Shown in pieces: positions 18,916-26,815 of a stretch of DNA of 34,619 nt. The stretch covers positions 1-34,619 of the forward strand of contig CAOZKB010000001.1 of NCBI GenBank assembly GCA_948571325.1. Reading direction: 5' to 3'. The first letter of the stretch is position 1, and each line of letters opens with the position of its first letter. The position numbers and the translations under genes were made by a program. The notes beneath the pieces are model-generated. The model was given only the letters and a program-made list of their open reading frames with translations, had not been told where the DNA came from and ran no database searches. This DNA comes from an uncultured Candidatus Saccharibacteria bacterium (GTDB lineage: Bacteria > Patescibacteriota > Saccharimonadia > Saccharimonadales > Saccharimonadaceae).

Positions 18916-20157
18916 TCATACCCTCTTAATATCTTCCGCTCTCATCGCCGCCCAAATCTGTCCGCGTGCACCCAGCACGACCCTGTCGCACCCCTCTGGC
19001 ACATCTTGGACGACATAGTATTTGTCGTCGTATTGGCGCAGATGTCGCCCATCATAGTCAATTTTCCGCAATGGCACAACCATCTCGCCCTTATGATAAA
19101 TTAGCGGTTTATCTACATAAGTTTTGCCGGTGTTGGGGCCGGTGCTTACGACCGGCTTAGAAACTGGCACTACGGGCTTTGTATTCGCCGTCTGCGGCGT
19201 TTTATCGACCGAATTGGTAGTTGATATTACCATTGACTTCGGGCAAGCGTAGCGCGCCCCTACGGCGTCGAGATTGAGGTAATGCGTCCCGACCCTGAGC
19301 GGTTGCCAATTAGCGTCGTTCACGATATTATTTTTAGCGTCTTTTACGATACCAGTATGTCCGTATTGGCCGGTATTGTAGGAGAAGATGGCGCCGTTCT
19401 GTTTCTTACACTCTACCCAGCCAAAGGTGCGTATGAGATAATCCACCATATCACGCCCATTGACCGGACCGTAGTCAGGGTTCTTGATAGAGTATTGACG
19501 CTTGCCGGTAGCGAGATAGCCAGCATATTTGGAGCATTGCCAGCCCTTACCGCCGTCATTATCGCCGTCCGGCAAGATACGGTTGAGCGGGTTAATGTCC
19601 TCGCCTCGCCCCTCGGCTTCCAATACTTCCGTTATTTCGGCGTCACTCAGCGTAGCGTCCTCATCGGTCTGTTGATCGGTTTGGAGATGTTTCGGAGTGA
19701 GAGCGTCGGCCACGCTTTTCACGAAATCCTTGACATCTTCCGCCGCCTCATCCCAGTTCACCTCAGCGGGGTCGAGTTCGAGCGACGCCTCGTCAGAGTA
19801 GCGCTTCTCGTGGAAGGCTTGATAATTCTTGTAGGCTTTAGCATAGTAGCCAGCGCTACTCTTGACGGTCATAATTGCCAAGCCCGCCACGCTACATTTA
19901 TCGGCCAGCACGCTAATATCGCCACCCATTCGCAAGACGATCCATTCGAGCAGGTTCATACCGAGCGTAAAGAGGAGCAGACTGCCAGCGTGCGCCAAGA
20001 GTTTGAGCACATCTTCCCAAAAGATTTGCCAAGACCACTGGTGCTTGTTGATATATTTGGCGTTGATAATGCCACTCGAGAGCCACGCAAGGTAGCCAAT
20101 GCCCATCACGCCATAGCAGGCGGCAAGGGTAATAATTTGATTAAGTAATTGTTCCAC
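18916..20157 (-). CDS. Endolysin: N-terminal holin-like TM domain, CHAP domain and SH3-like C-terminal domain
   Basis: About three N-terminal hydrophobic helices; GWQCSKYA...YGHTGIV...NDANW (CHAP Cys/His); C-terminal DRVVLGARGQIWAAM. Confidence 0.8.
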   Translation of the reverse strand: MEQLLNQIITLAACYGVMGIGYLAWLSSGIINAKYINKHQWSWQIFWEDVLKLLAHAGSLLLFTLGMNLLEWIVLRMGGDISVLADKCSVAGLAIMTVKSSAGYYAKAYKNYQAFHEKRYSDEASLELDPAEVNWDEAAEDVKDFVKSVADALTPKHLQTDQQTDEDATLSDAEITEVLEAEGRGEDINPLNRILPDGDNDGGKGWQCSKYAGYLATGKRQYSIKNPDYGPVNGRDMVDYLIRTFGWVECKKQNGAIFSYNTGQYGHTGIVKDAKNNIVNDANWQPLRVGTHYLNLDAVGARYACPKSMVISTTNSVDKTPQTANTKPVVPVSKPVVSTGPNTGKTYVDKPLIYHKGEMVVPLRKIDYDGRHLRQYDDKYYVVQDVPEGCDRVVLGARGQIWAAMRAEDIKRV

Positions 20158-20174
20158 AGTATTTTTCCTTTCTT

Positions 20175-20678
20175 TTATTTAATAGTTTTGTGGTAGGCGT
20201 CGTAGCAGAGTTCGGGGTTATCCATATAGAACTTGAGGTCATTATGTGAAGTATAGAGGTCGCTAATGTCAATTTGGTGCCGGGTTGCCCAGCCGGCAAA
20301 GGGTTTACTAGCGTAAGAGTTGCCGCCTAGGTCGAGAAAGTAGTGTTTAGCGATACGCATTATCTCCACGCTATTGTTCTCGTCGATTTTAATGGCAGTG
20401 AGCAAGTCGTTGCGTTCGCTTGCCAGTTCACTGCTAATCTGGCGTTTTTCTACTCGCTCTCCATCCTTATTCACTATTTCAAAGCTCTCTACATATCCCC
20501 GTTTTGCTGCCTCGATTGCACCCCAGCCATAGTAATACCCCAATTCTGCAATGAGATATACTTCCGGCGGTATTTTCAGGTCTTTACGATACGAAGTATC
20601 ACCCGACTTACGCCGTTCGAAGGCTGCGAGTGCTCGTTCGCGCTCGTCTGGTTGCATTAAGTCGAGTAGATTCGCCAT
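20175..20678 (-). CDS. Probably chimeric ORF: post-chaperone tail protein N-terminus fused to the C-terminus of a pre-lysin gene
   Basis: Lies directly between the chaperone and lysin where the tape measure and tail-tip genes are expected; YLIAELGYYYGWGAI in the N-half. Confidence 0.5.
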   Translation of the reverse strand: MANLLDLMQPDERERALAAFERRKSGDTSYRKDLKIPPEVYLIAELGYYYGWGAIEAAKRGYVESFEIVNKDGERVEKRQISSELASERNDLLTAIKIDENNSVEIMRIAKHYFLDLGGNSYASKPFAGWATRHQIDISDLYTSHNDLKFYMDNPELCYDAYHKTIK

Positions 20679-20679
20679 C

Positions 20680-20952
20680 TTATTCTGCCATCACTTTCTG
20701 ATAGATCTCCGCCAAGGCATCTACCGAGAGATTCTTCAGTAGCTCTTTTGCCCGCTCTGGTTTGTCGAACAGTCCCATGAAGAGATTAATCATCTTTTCC
20801 AGTGCTTCGGCACCATTCTCTTTGGAAACTTTTTGCATCTGCATTAAAGCCAAGGTTTCCGCCGAGTTCATTGGACGTATTTTGAGTAGTTCGCCGTCAA
20901 TCTCTACTTCTTTATATTTAGTGTATTCTGATGTGTTGATACTAATTGTCAT
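20680..20952 (-). CDS. Putative tail assembly chaperone
   Basis: Small protein KEVEIDGELLKIRPMN, first minus-strand gene after the tail tube; GAAAGGAG RBS before ATG 20952. Confidence 0.65.
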   Translation of the reverse strand: MTISINTSEYTKYKEVEIDGELLKIRPMNSAETLALMQMQKVSKENGAEALEKMINLFMGLFDKPERAKELLKNLSVDALAEIYQKVMAE

Positions 20953-20983
20953 GTGTAATTCTCCTTTCCCCCTAGAGTAATGA

Positions 20984-20994
20984 CAACTCGAAGC
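20984..20994 (-). promoter_or_regulatory. Putative phage late-promoter motif GCTTCGAGTTG (copy 1)
   Basis: Identical 11-mer at 23928 and 28704; followed by N4-TACTCT. Confidence 0.65.
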
Positions 20995-21029
20995 AGCCAA
21001 CAAGTATGTATATTATGATATAATAAAGG

Positions 21030-21116
21030 TGTTCACAACATGCTCGAAGGAGAGCTTAACTTTAAGCTGGGCTAATGTTTTTGCACCAAGTTAAGTCTTT
21101 GGGTATGTTGTGAACA
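21030..21116 (+). ncRNA. Putative rod-like leader RNA
   Basis: TGTTCACAACAT/ATGTTGTGAACA arms, GCTCGAAG/CTTTGGGT (G-U pairs only on + strand), CTTAACTT/AAGTTAAG; starts 5 nt after TGATATAAT. Confidence 0.55.
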
Positions 21117-21164
21117 AACATATTAAACATTGGCCCATTTTTGTTTGGGCAGGAAAGAGGAAAT

Positions 21165-21704
21165 ATGATAGAAGGACAAAATACTAAAAATTCTCACGGC
21201 GTATTAGGTGGCATAATAGTCTGCGTTATTGGCATAATTTTAATTTTTTATATTATCTCGATGTTTAGCTCTAAAGATGAGAGTAGCTCTAATACTTACG
21301 AAAACAAATATGATGTATCCACCACAGAGGGTAGTATCGAGAGCAGTATCGTAGATTATATTTATGGTCATTCAGATTTATTTGATGATACTGAGATTGT
21401 CAACTTAACAATTAACGCAGATGCTGGTACTGACGCTTCAGACGATTATGTAGTGCTTCTTTATCCTAAATGGAGTCGTCAAAATTCTAAACAAACTACA
21501 AGTGAGATGATGCGACTTTATTGTGATGATTTAGCGTCTTTTGCCTCATCTCTTCCAACAGATATTCACGAATTAACCGTATTTTGGACTATTCCATACT
21601 ATAATGAAGATAACGTATCAGCCAAGTGTAGTTATGAACGTATCGGCGACAAACTAACACTAGATAAGTCTTCTACGAGTGGACTAGTTGAGCTGAATCA
21701 ATAA
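21165..21704 (+). CDS. Membrane-anchored hypothetical protein (moron)
   Basis: N-terminal TM helix; AT-rich; opposite strand to the structural genes. Confidence 0.75.
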   Translation: MIEGQNTKNSHGVLGGIIVCVIGIILIFYIISMFSSKDESSSNTYENKYDVSTTEGSIESSIVDYIYGHSDLFDDTEIVNLTINADAGTDASDDYVVLLYPKWSRQNSKQTTSEMMRLYCDDLASFASSLPTDIHELTVFWTIPYYNEDNVSAKCSYERIGDKLTLDKSSTSGLVELNQ

Positions 21705-21736
21705 TATAAAATATTGATTTCTAGGAATTCATCTGA

Positions 21737-22468
21737 ATGGGCAAGAAGCCATTTTATAAAGATTGGTTATTTTGGGTTTGTGTCTGCGTGATTGCTTTAG
21801 TGGCGTCAATGATTGCCAATAAGGATAGTTCAACTAACACGGCGGAAAATCCCGCCATCAAGACCGCTGCTGTGTCGGAGGAGGATTTGCGGCGTGCCCT
21901 TAATCAATGCACCGTGCTGGAAACATATAAAAATTACGAGTTTAGTGAAGAGCGTACTCAAGAAGGGATTTTTGCGGAGAGTCAGAGTTCGTGTAATACT
22001 TTTCTAGGCGAAAAATACTACAACAACCAGACAGACTTCGTCGCCGATATGGACTCAGCTTGGACCGAGCAGGCTACCCAGCAAATTCTCGATCAGCCGT
22101 TAACTTACTACTTAAACCTGCTCGAACAAGAGCAGAGTGGTATCGCCAGTCAAGACGAAGGCTCGGAGGAAATTCTCACGGTTGCCGCCGCCCTCCGCCA
22201 CCGGGAAGAGATCAAGCAGCAAGAGCTAGCTGAGCAACGCCAACGCGAAGAGGAAGAACGCCAGCGTGCCGCAGCCGAACGCAAAGCAGCCGAGGCCAAG
22301 GCGGCTGCCGCCAAAAATAGCACTAGCACATCTTCCAGTAGCTCATCTAGTTCCAGCAGCAGCTCTGGCATCACCGGCTATTGCAAAGATGGCACCAAAG
22401 CCTACGGCAACCCATCCGCTAGAGGCAAGGCAAATTCCTGCTATGGCCATGGTGGTTGGGTGAGATAG
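21737..22468 (+). CDS. Membrane-anchored protein with C-terminal DUF3761-like Cys/His motif
   Basis: KKPFYKDWLFW N-terminus plus TM; coiled coil; Ser-rich linker; GYCKDGT...SCYGHGG. Confidence 0.7.
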   Translation: MGKKPFYKDWLFWVCVCVIALVASMIANKDSSTNTAENPAIKTAAVSEEDLRRALNQCTVLETYKNYEFSEERTQEGIFAESQSSCNTFLGEKYYNNQTDFVADMDSAWTEQATQQILDQPLTYYLNLLEQEQSGIASQDEGSEEILTVAAALRHREEIKQQELAEQRQREEEERQRAAAERKAAEAKAAAAKNSTSTSSSSSSSSSSSSGITGYCKDGTKAYGNPSARGKANSCYGHGGWVR

Positions 22469-22516
22469 CTCTTCTTCAAATCTTCTGTTATAATTAAATG
22501 GAGGAGAATTAATAGC

Positions 22517-22705
22517 ATGAGCGACTTAGAAAGAGATATTGCAGCAGCACGCGCAGCGTCTGGACGTGATAAGCAAGTGGATTTAGACACACTAAGGAAG
22601 TCTCAGCGTTTAGCGGGTGAAATTGTACGTAAATACGAGGCCGAAATGGTAGAACGACATAAGGAAGAGATGCTTTATGGTTCAGAACATTATACATACT
22701 CCTAA
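22517..22705 (+). CDS. Small protein, putative antitoxin
   Basis: TGTTATAAT and GGAGG upstream; overlaps the PIN gene start. Confidence 0.55.
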   Translation: MSDLERDIAAARAASGRDKQVDLDTLRKSQRLAGEIVRKYEAEMVERHKEEMLYGSEHYTYS

Positions 22706-23222
22706 TCTTTTGAAGAATCTCGCCAATAAGGATGTGGTGGTTGATACCTGTGCAATTATTGAAGCATCAAAAAATGACGCTTTTCTCGATTTATTATACG
22801 AACTTAAGAGGCAAAATTGCACACTCCTGTCCGTATTTCCGGTCCAGAATGAATTTTTAGCTGTAGCAAGCAACCAACAGGAATATAATGAACTGAAAAA
22901 ATTCCTCGAGGACCTCGATATTACGTTTTTGCCACGCAATATTGAACATAAATTTGAAGACAAGGGGAAATCATTCAGTATCGCTTTAAGACGTAGCAAA
23001 GTCAGAAAACCGAGTTATGTTGATCGTTTATTATTGTCTATACCCTATTTATATAAACATGTTGCTGATTCCATCTATGTTATGACTTCTAATCACCGGG
23101 ATGTTCCGTTGGAATTTTTTAATTTAACTGATTACGTAGTATGGAATAAGAAAGACGGTTTTTCTGAAATCGGACTATATCAATTTGATCAAACAAAATT
23201 TAATGAAATAGTTGATCATTAA
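22677..23222 (+). CDS. PIN-domain nuclease (VapC-like)
   Basis: VVVDTCAII, NEF, SYVDRLL, MTSNHRD acidic residue pattern. Confidence 0.75.
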   Translation: MVQNIIHTPNLLKNLANKDVVVDTCAIIEASKNDAFLDLLYELKRQNCTLLSVFPVQNEFLAVASNQQEYNELKKFLEDLDITFLPRNIEHKFEDKGKSFSIALRRSKVRKPSYVDRLLLSIPYLYKHVADSIYVMTSNHRDVPLEFFNLTDYVVWNKKDGFSEIGLYQFDQTKFNEIVDH

Positions 23223-23223
23223 G

Positions 23224-23253
23224 AAAATACCTCCTAGTATGGGAGGTATTTTT
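23224..23253. terminator. Bidirectional intrinsic terminator
   Basis: AAAATACCTCC...GGAGGTATTTT between the convergent PIN and tail tube genes. Confidence 0.8.
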
Positions 23254-23270
23254 CTCTAAAGAAGTACTGT

Positions 23271-23861
23271 TTAATTCTGTTTCGCCACTTTCGCCTGCGC
23301 ACTTGCTGTATTCTGCAACGGTTTAGTTGATTGCGTAGTAGTATCCCAATAGCTCGGCTGGCTCAGGTCTCCAGTACCGATACGCATATACCCCTCTTCG
23401 GTCGGTTGCATTGCCACGGTGACTTCTACGCTAGCCGCGTCGCTGGTCGAGAGTGTCGGGTTAAAGGTTGCCTTCACTAGGCCGCCGTAGATATGAATAT
23501 CGTTGTCGTCGGTCTTTTCGCAGACTGGGTGGATATTAATCGGTAGCGGAGTCCTAGTTGAACAAGTGCCACCGCCAAACACAATATTGCCTGATTTTTG
23601 CGCTTCTGCCGTCGGTTGATTATACATGTCGGCAAACACCGCCTTCAGCGTATCCATTGTCTCAATGAAGAGCGTAAAGGTTAACTCGGCCGTGTCTGCT
23701 TTGCCAGAGGGCTGCGAACGCTTCCCTGCCTGCGTTTCCGCTTCTACTATTCCTTCCTCGTAGTTTGGCGAGATATCACCGAGCAATGATGCCGGAATAA
23801 GCATGTTACCAATCGCTAGCTCCCATTTTCCCGCCAGCAAAGTCCCAATTTGATTTTCCAT
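23271..23861 (-). CDS. Major tail (tube) protein
   Basis: Size, beta-rich composition and position after the head-tail genes; AAAGGA RBS before ATG 23861. Confidence 0.7.
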   Translation of the reverse strand: MENQIGTLLAGKWELAIGNMLIPASLLGDISPNYEEGIVEAETQAGKRSQPSGKADTAELTFTLFIETMDTLKAVFADMYNQPTAEAQKSGNIVFGGGTCSTRTPLPINIHPVCEKTDDNDIHIYGGLVKATFNPTLSTSDAASVEVTVAMQPTEEGYMRIGTGDLSQPSYWDTTTQSTKPLQNTASAQAKVAKQN

Positions 23862-23927
23862 AAGTTCCTTTCTTTTACTTTTTTCTAAACAATCTCTACC
23901 CTGATCCTGATATCCCCACCATACCCC

Positions 23928-23938
23928 CAACTCGAAGC
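23928..23938 (-). promoter_or_regulatory. Putative phage late-promoter motif GCTTCGAGTTG (copy 2)
   Basis: Followed by N4-TATGGT, upstream of the tail tube gene. Confidence 0.65.
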
Positions 23939-23950
23939 GGAGGGAAAGAG

Positions 23951-25213
23951 TTATGCTATGCGGTAGACAAAAACGTAACCACCACTAAGCATATCAAGAG
24001 TTGCTTCATAACCTCTCTCGCTATGTATTACCATAGCTAGCTTCTTAATTTGCGTAGAAGAAGCGGGGTTCTTTAGAATACAACACATAAATGGACAAAT
24101 TTGTTTTTCTCCATGTTCAAGATTAGCTGCATATATCGGATATACGGGCGTTATTGTTTTTCCGCCTACAACCTGCCAGGATGTATATCCAACATACGTG
24201 CCATAATCCCAGCTAGCTGTGCCAGAGGAAAAGTAAACCCCGTAGCTAGCTTCCTGTATGCCCAGTAAATAAGTTCCTGCCGGATCAAGATTATTTAGTG
24301 TTATACTTTCGCCAATCTGTTTGTCGTTGTACTCATTTGCTTGAAAAGTTGCAACTCCCGACGGTATCTCTACTTCCTGAAAACCCATATCCCCCCAACT
24401 GATTCCCCCAGCTCCTGCTAGTGCTGCTGTCACCGCTGCCTGGCTCATCACCGCCGTAGTTGAGTCGCCTGTCGTCTGTACAATGTCTACCGTCGCATCC
24501 GAGCCTGCTGGACCAGTATCGCCTTTCGGACCTTGAAGCCCCTGAGGACCCCGTTCTCCTTGCGGGCCCTGAATCCCCTGAGGCCCTTGTTCTCCCTGCA
24601 CGCCTTGTGCCCCGGACATGTCTGTAATAAAGCTAAACGGTTCAGTACTACTGTCCGCTCGGACATAGAGCTTGGAGTTATCTGGATCCTCAGTACTAGA
24701 GGTGATAATGACGAAATCGCCAATCGCTACATTGCCCGCATCAGCATTCATTACTGTAGCTGACGAGTAAGTCTTGGAAATAGCAAAACCTTTGCCTGCT
24801 GGGCCTTGTTCGCCTTGGATTCCTTGTGGACCCTGTTCACCTGGTACTCCTTGTGGACCCTCTGGACCCGTAGCTCCAGTTTCTCCAGTATCACCTTTGG
24901 GACCCTGCGGACCAGGTTCACCCTGTGCGCCAGTTTCTCCCTTCGGACCTTGAATACCCTGCGCACCCTCTGGACCTTGAGGCCCTGGCTCTCCAGCTGG
25001 ACCTTGTGCTCCGTCCTGTCCTGGTTCACCTTGAATACCTTGCGGACCAGCAGGACCTTGTGGACCCGGCTCTCCCGGATCACCTTTTTGACCTTTCAGG
25101 AGCTTCACATCTACGGCTTGCGTGGTGTTTCCCACTACCGCCGGCACCAAATCACCGTCTGCAACTCCCGTCGCTTTCGGTAACTCAGAAATCTTTACTC
25201 CATCAATCTCCAT
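23951..25213 (-). CDS. Collagen-like phage fibre protein
   Basis: Long G-X-Y runs; VKISELP N-terminus; SKTYSS...PDNSKLY module; [13 protein letters not shown] motif. Confidence 0.85.
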   Translation of the reverse strand: MEIDGVKISELPKATGVADGDLVPAVVGNTTQAVDVKLLKGQKGDPGEPGPQGPAGPQGIQGEPGQDGAQGPAGEPGPQGPEGAQGIQGPKGETGAQGEPGPQGPKGDTGETGATGPEGPQGVPGEQGPQGIQGEQGPAGKGFAISKTYSSATVMNADAGNVAIGDFVIITSSTEDPDNSKLYVRADSSTEPFSFITDMSGAQGVQGEQGPQGIQGPQGERGPQGLQGPKGDTGPAGSDATVDIVQTTGDSTTAVMSQAAVTAALAGAGGISWGDMGFQEVEIPSGVATFQANEYNDKQIGESITLNNLDPAGTYLLGIQEASYGVYFSSGTASWDYGTYVGYTSWQVVGGKTITPVYPIYAANLEHGEKQICPFMCCILKNPASSTQIKKLAMVIHSERGYEATLDMLSGGYVFVYRIA

Positions 25214-25224
25214 ACTTTCCTTTC

Positions 25225-25620
25225 TTAGTAATAAATTTTCCCGGTGATACTATATATCACTCGCCCGTTTACATCTTCACCACCATTCACGATTGTACTC
25301 GGTGGCATAATCGTCACATTCGGCACCGCCTTAACTCCGCATTCTGGTACCGCCGGCAATTGACAGATCTCATATGCTTTAGTCAGTAATTCGACCACCT
25401 GCTGCAATTTCTGGTATCCCGCCAAATCCGTCGCCCCTCGGCTATATATCTGATATACCGTCGATCTCCGCATACCTCGTTCCTGCGCTTCACCTAGGTC
25501 AGTGATATATAAGCCATCCTCCTCTACTCCTAACTTCTCCCAGAATAGGTCCTTTTCTAGCTCGCCTAAGCCATTGTCTGCTAAGAACTGCAGCAAGGAT
25601 AATGTTACAATCGTCGTCAT
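25225..25620 (-). CDS. Putative tail terminator / minor structural protein
   Basis: Position after the HK97-gp10-like gene; size; ends with [13 protein letters not shown]. Confidence 0.65.
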   Translation of the reverse strand: MTTIVTLSLLQFLADNGLGELEKDLFWEKLGVEEDGLYITDLGEAQERGMRRSTVYQIYSRGATDLAGYQKLQQVVELLTKAYEICQLPAVPECGVKAVPNVTIMPPSTIVNGGEDVNGRVIYSITGKIYY

Positions 25621-25979
25621 AGATACTTCTTTAGCCCTTCCTTTACGGCTTGCTCGCCTGCCTGCTCTAGATAATGTGGACCAGTTCCGGGTGTCGTATA
25701 GTGCTTATAGTAGATTCTCTGACCATTCGCTCCCGTCCGGTAGCCCACCTCCTGCGTCGCTGCATAGCGCACGTCACCATCACCAAAGCTAATAATTCGA
25801 GTATTGCCCTCCGCTTTCACCTTGCCACTCAGTGCTAAATTACCGGTCTTGCGGGGTGCCCGCATTCTTGCATTTGCTCGAATTGCCTGTGCCATCCGAT
25901 CTAAACCATTGCCTAGCTTCCGCTCCATCTGTGATACCCAAGCGGCAGAGTTATCCTGAAATTCCACCTCAACTTTCAC
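25617..25979 (-). CDS. HK97-gp10-like tail completion protein
   Basis: APRKTGNL...YAATQEVG...PHYL motif. Confidence 0.8.
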   Translation of the reverse strand: MKVEVEFQDNSAAWVSQMERKLGNGLDRMAQAIRANARMRAPRKTGNLALSGKVKAEGNTRIISFGDGDVRYAATQEVGYRTGANGQRIYYKHYTTPGTGPHYLEQAGEQAVKEGLKKYL

Positions 25980-26337
25980 TACTACTCTCCTTGATGAAGT
26001 TAGCTTTCTGTAGCGTCAGTCGATAATGTTCCAACTCTCCCGTCTCGTAATTCATTCCTGCCGTCGCGCCACTGATGGCATAATCCACTCCGTTTATTCT
26101 CGCGCCTTGCCCGATAAACTGCCCTGTAGACCAATCCTTAAAGTCTTCTGGGTGCACATGCAGTGTAGCGGTAGATTCAATGCTCTCCATGTTGCCATTC
26201 TGTACAGATCCAGATTTGTCCTTAAATATCCCTTCAAGCTCTCGCTCAGCCACTATCGTATCGCCTTTAATTCGGCTCTGCGCAATAGTTAGAAAAACAT
26301 ACGGCATCTGCTTAAATACATCGAAAACACTCTGCAT
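25969..26337 (-). CDS. Putative head closure protein
   Basis: Position; C-terminal GELEHYRLTL; RBS before ATG 26337. Confidence 0.65.
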   Translation of the reverse strand: MQSVFDVFKQMPYVFLTIAQSRIKGDTIVAERELEGIFKDKSGSVQNGNMESIESTATLHVHPEDFKDWSTGQFIGQGARINGVDYAISGATAGMNYETGELEHYRLTLQKANFIKESSSES

Positions 26338-26719
26338 CGCACGTCCTTCCACTGCGCATTTCTGCCTGGCATTTACTGTATTTGTCTAGTAAGCTGGCGT
26401 TTTGTTTTACAAATGCCACCATTGGCGCATCCACTTCTGATTCATAAGATATAGAGAAGTCTTCCACTTGTTTCTTATTAATACCGAGCGCCATACTTGC
26501 GGTTTGCTCTTGCTGAATCGCTATAAAGCACCGACTAATTAACAGTTGCAAGTCCACTGGCACATTGTCCAAATCAGCAAATTTAATACAAAGCAAGTCT
26601 TCTAATCGGAGCAATGCAATATCAAGATAGAGCGTATAGTTTTCTTTTTCTAAGGTACTAAGAGGACGACCGATAAGCGCAGCCATCGTATCTTGTGAGA
26701 TTATCGGTTTGTCATCCAT
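26312..26719 (-). CDS. Head-tail connector/adaptor protein
   Basis: Follows the capsid gene; KQVEDFSISY...LLDKY pattern. Confidence 0.7.
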   Translation of the reverse strand: MDDKPIISQDTMAALIGRPLSTLEKENYTLYLDIALLRLEDLLCIKFADLDNVPVDLQLLISRCFIAIQQEQTASMALGINKKQVEDFSISYESEVDAPMVAFVKQNASLLDKYSKCQAEMRSGRTCDAECFRCI

Positions 26720-26815
26720 GTCGTCCTCCTTATCTTTAGCCTATGATTAACTTGTCATTTTCCGTGAGCAAGCCCTCTCCTTTTTCTGTTGTGATATAGA
26801 AATTAGAGGGCGTTA

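Noticed and set aside
19282-20148. 288-aa + strand ORF and other long antisense ORFs (e.g. 5723..6382, 4868..5380, 8795..9262)
   Set aside because: Shadow frames of well-supported genes with no recognisable motifs.
20676-20720. Programmed -1 frameshift at the end of the tail assembly chaperone
   Set aside because: No X XXY YYZ slippery heptamer near the stop; the next ORF has its own ATG.
21000-21027. ATGTATATTATG resembles the centre of E. coli dif
   Set aside because: The left arm does not match and the sequence is explained by the overlapping TGATATAAT promoter. Other partial matches (GCGCATAAT near 12409; 11773-11800) also lack a second arm.
24500-25100. Dense short DNA repeats
   Set aside because: Explained by collagen G-X-Y coding.
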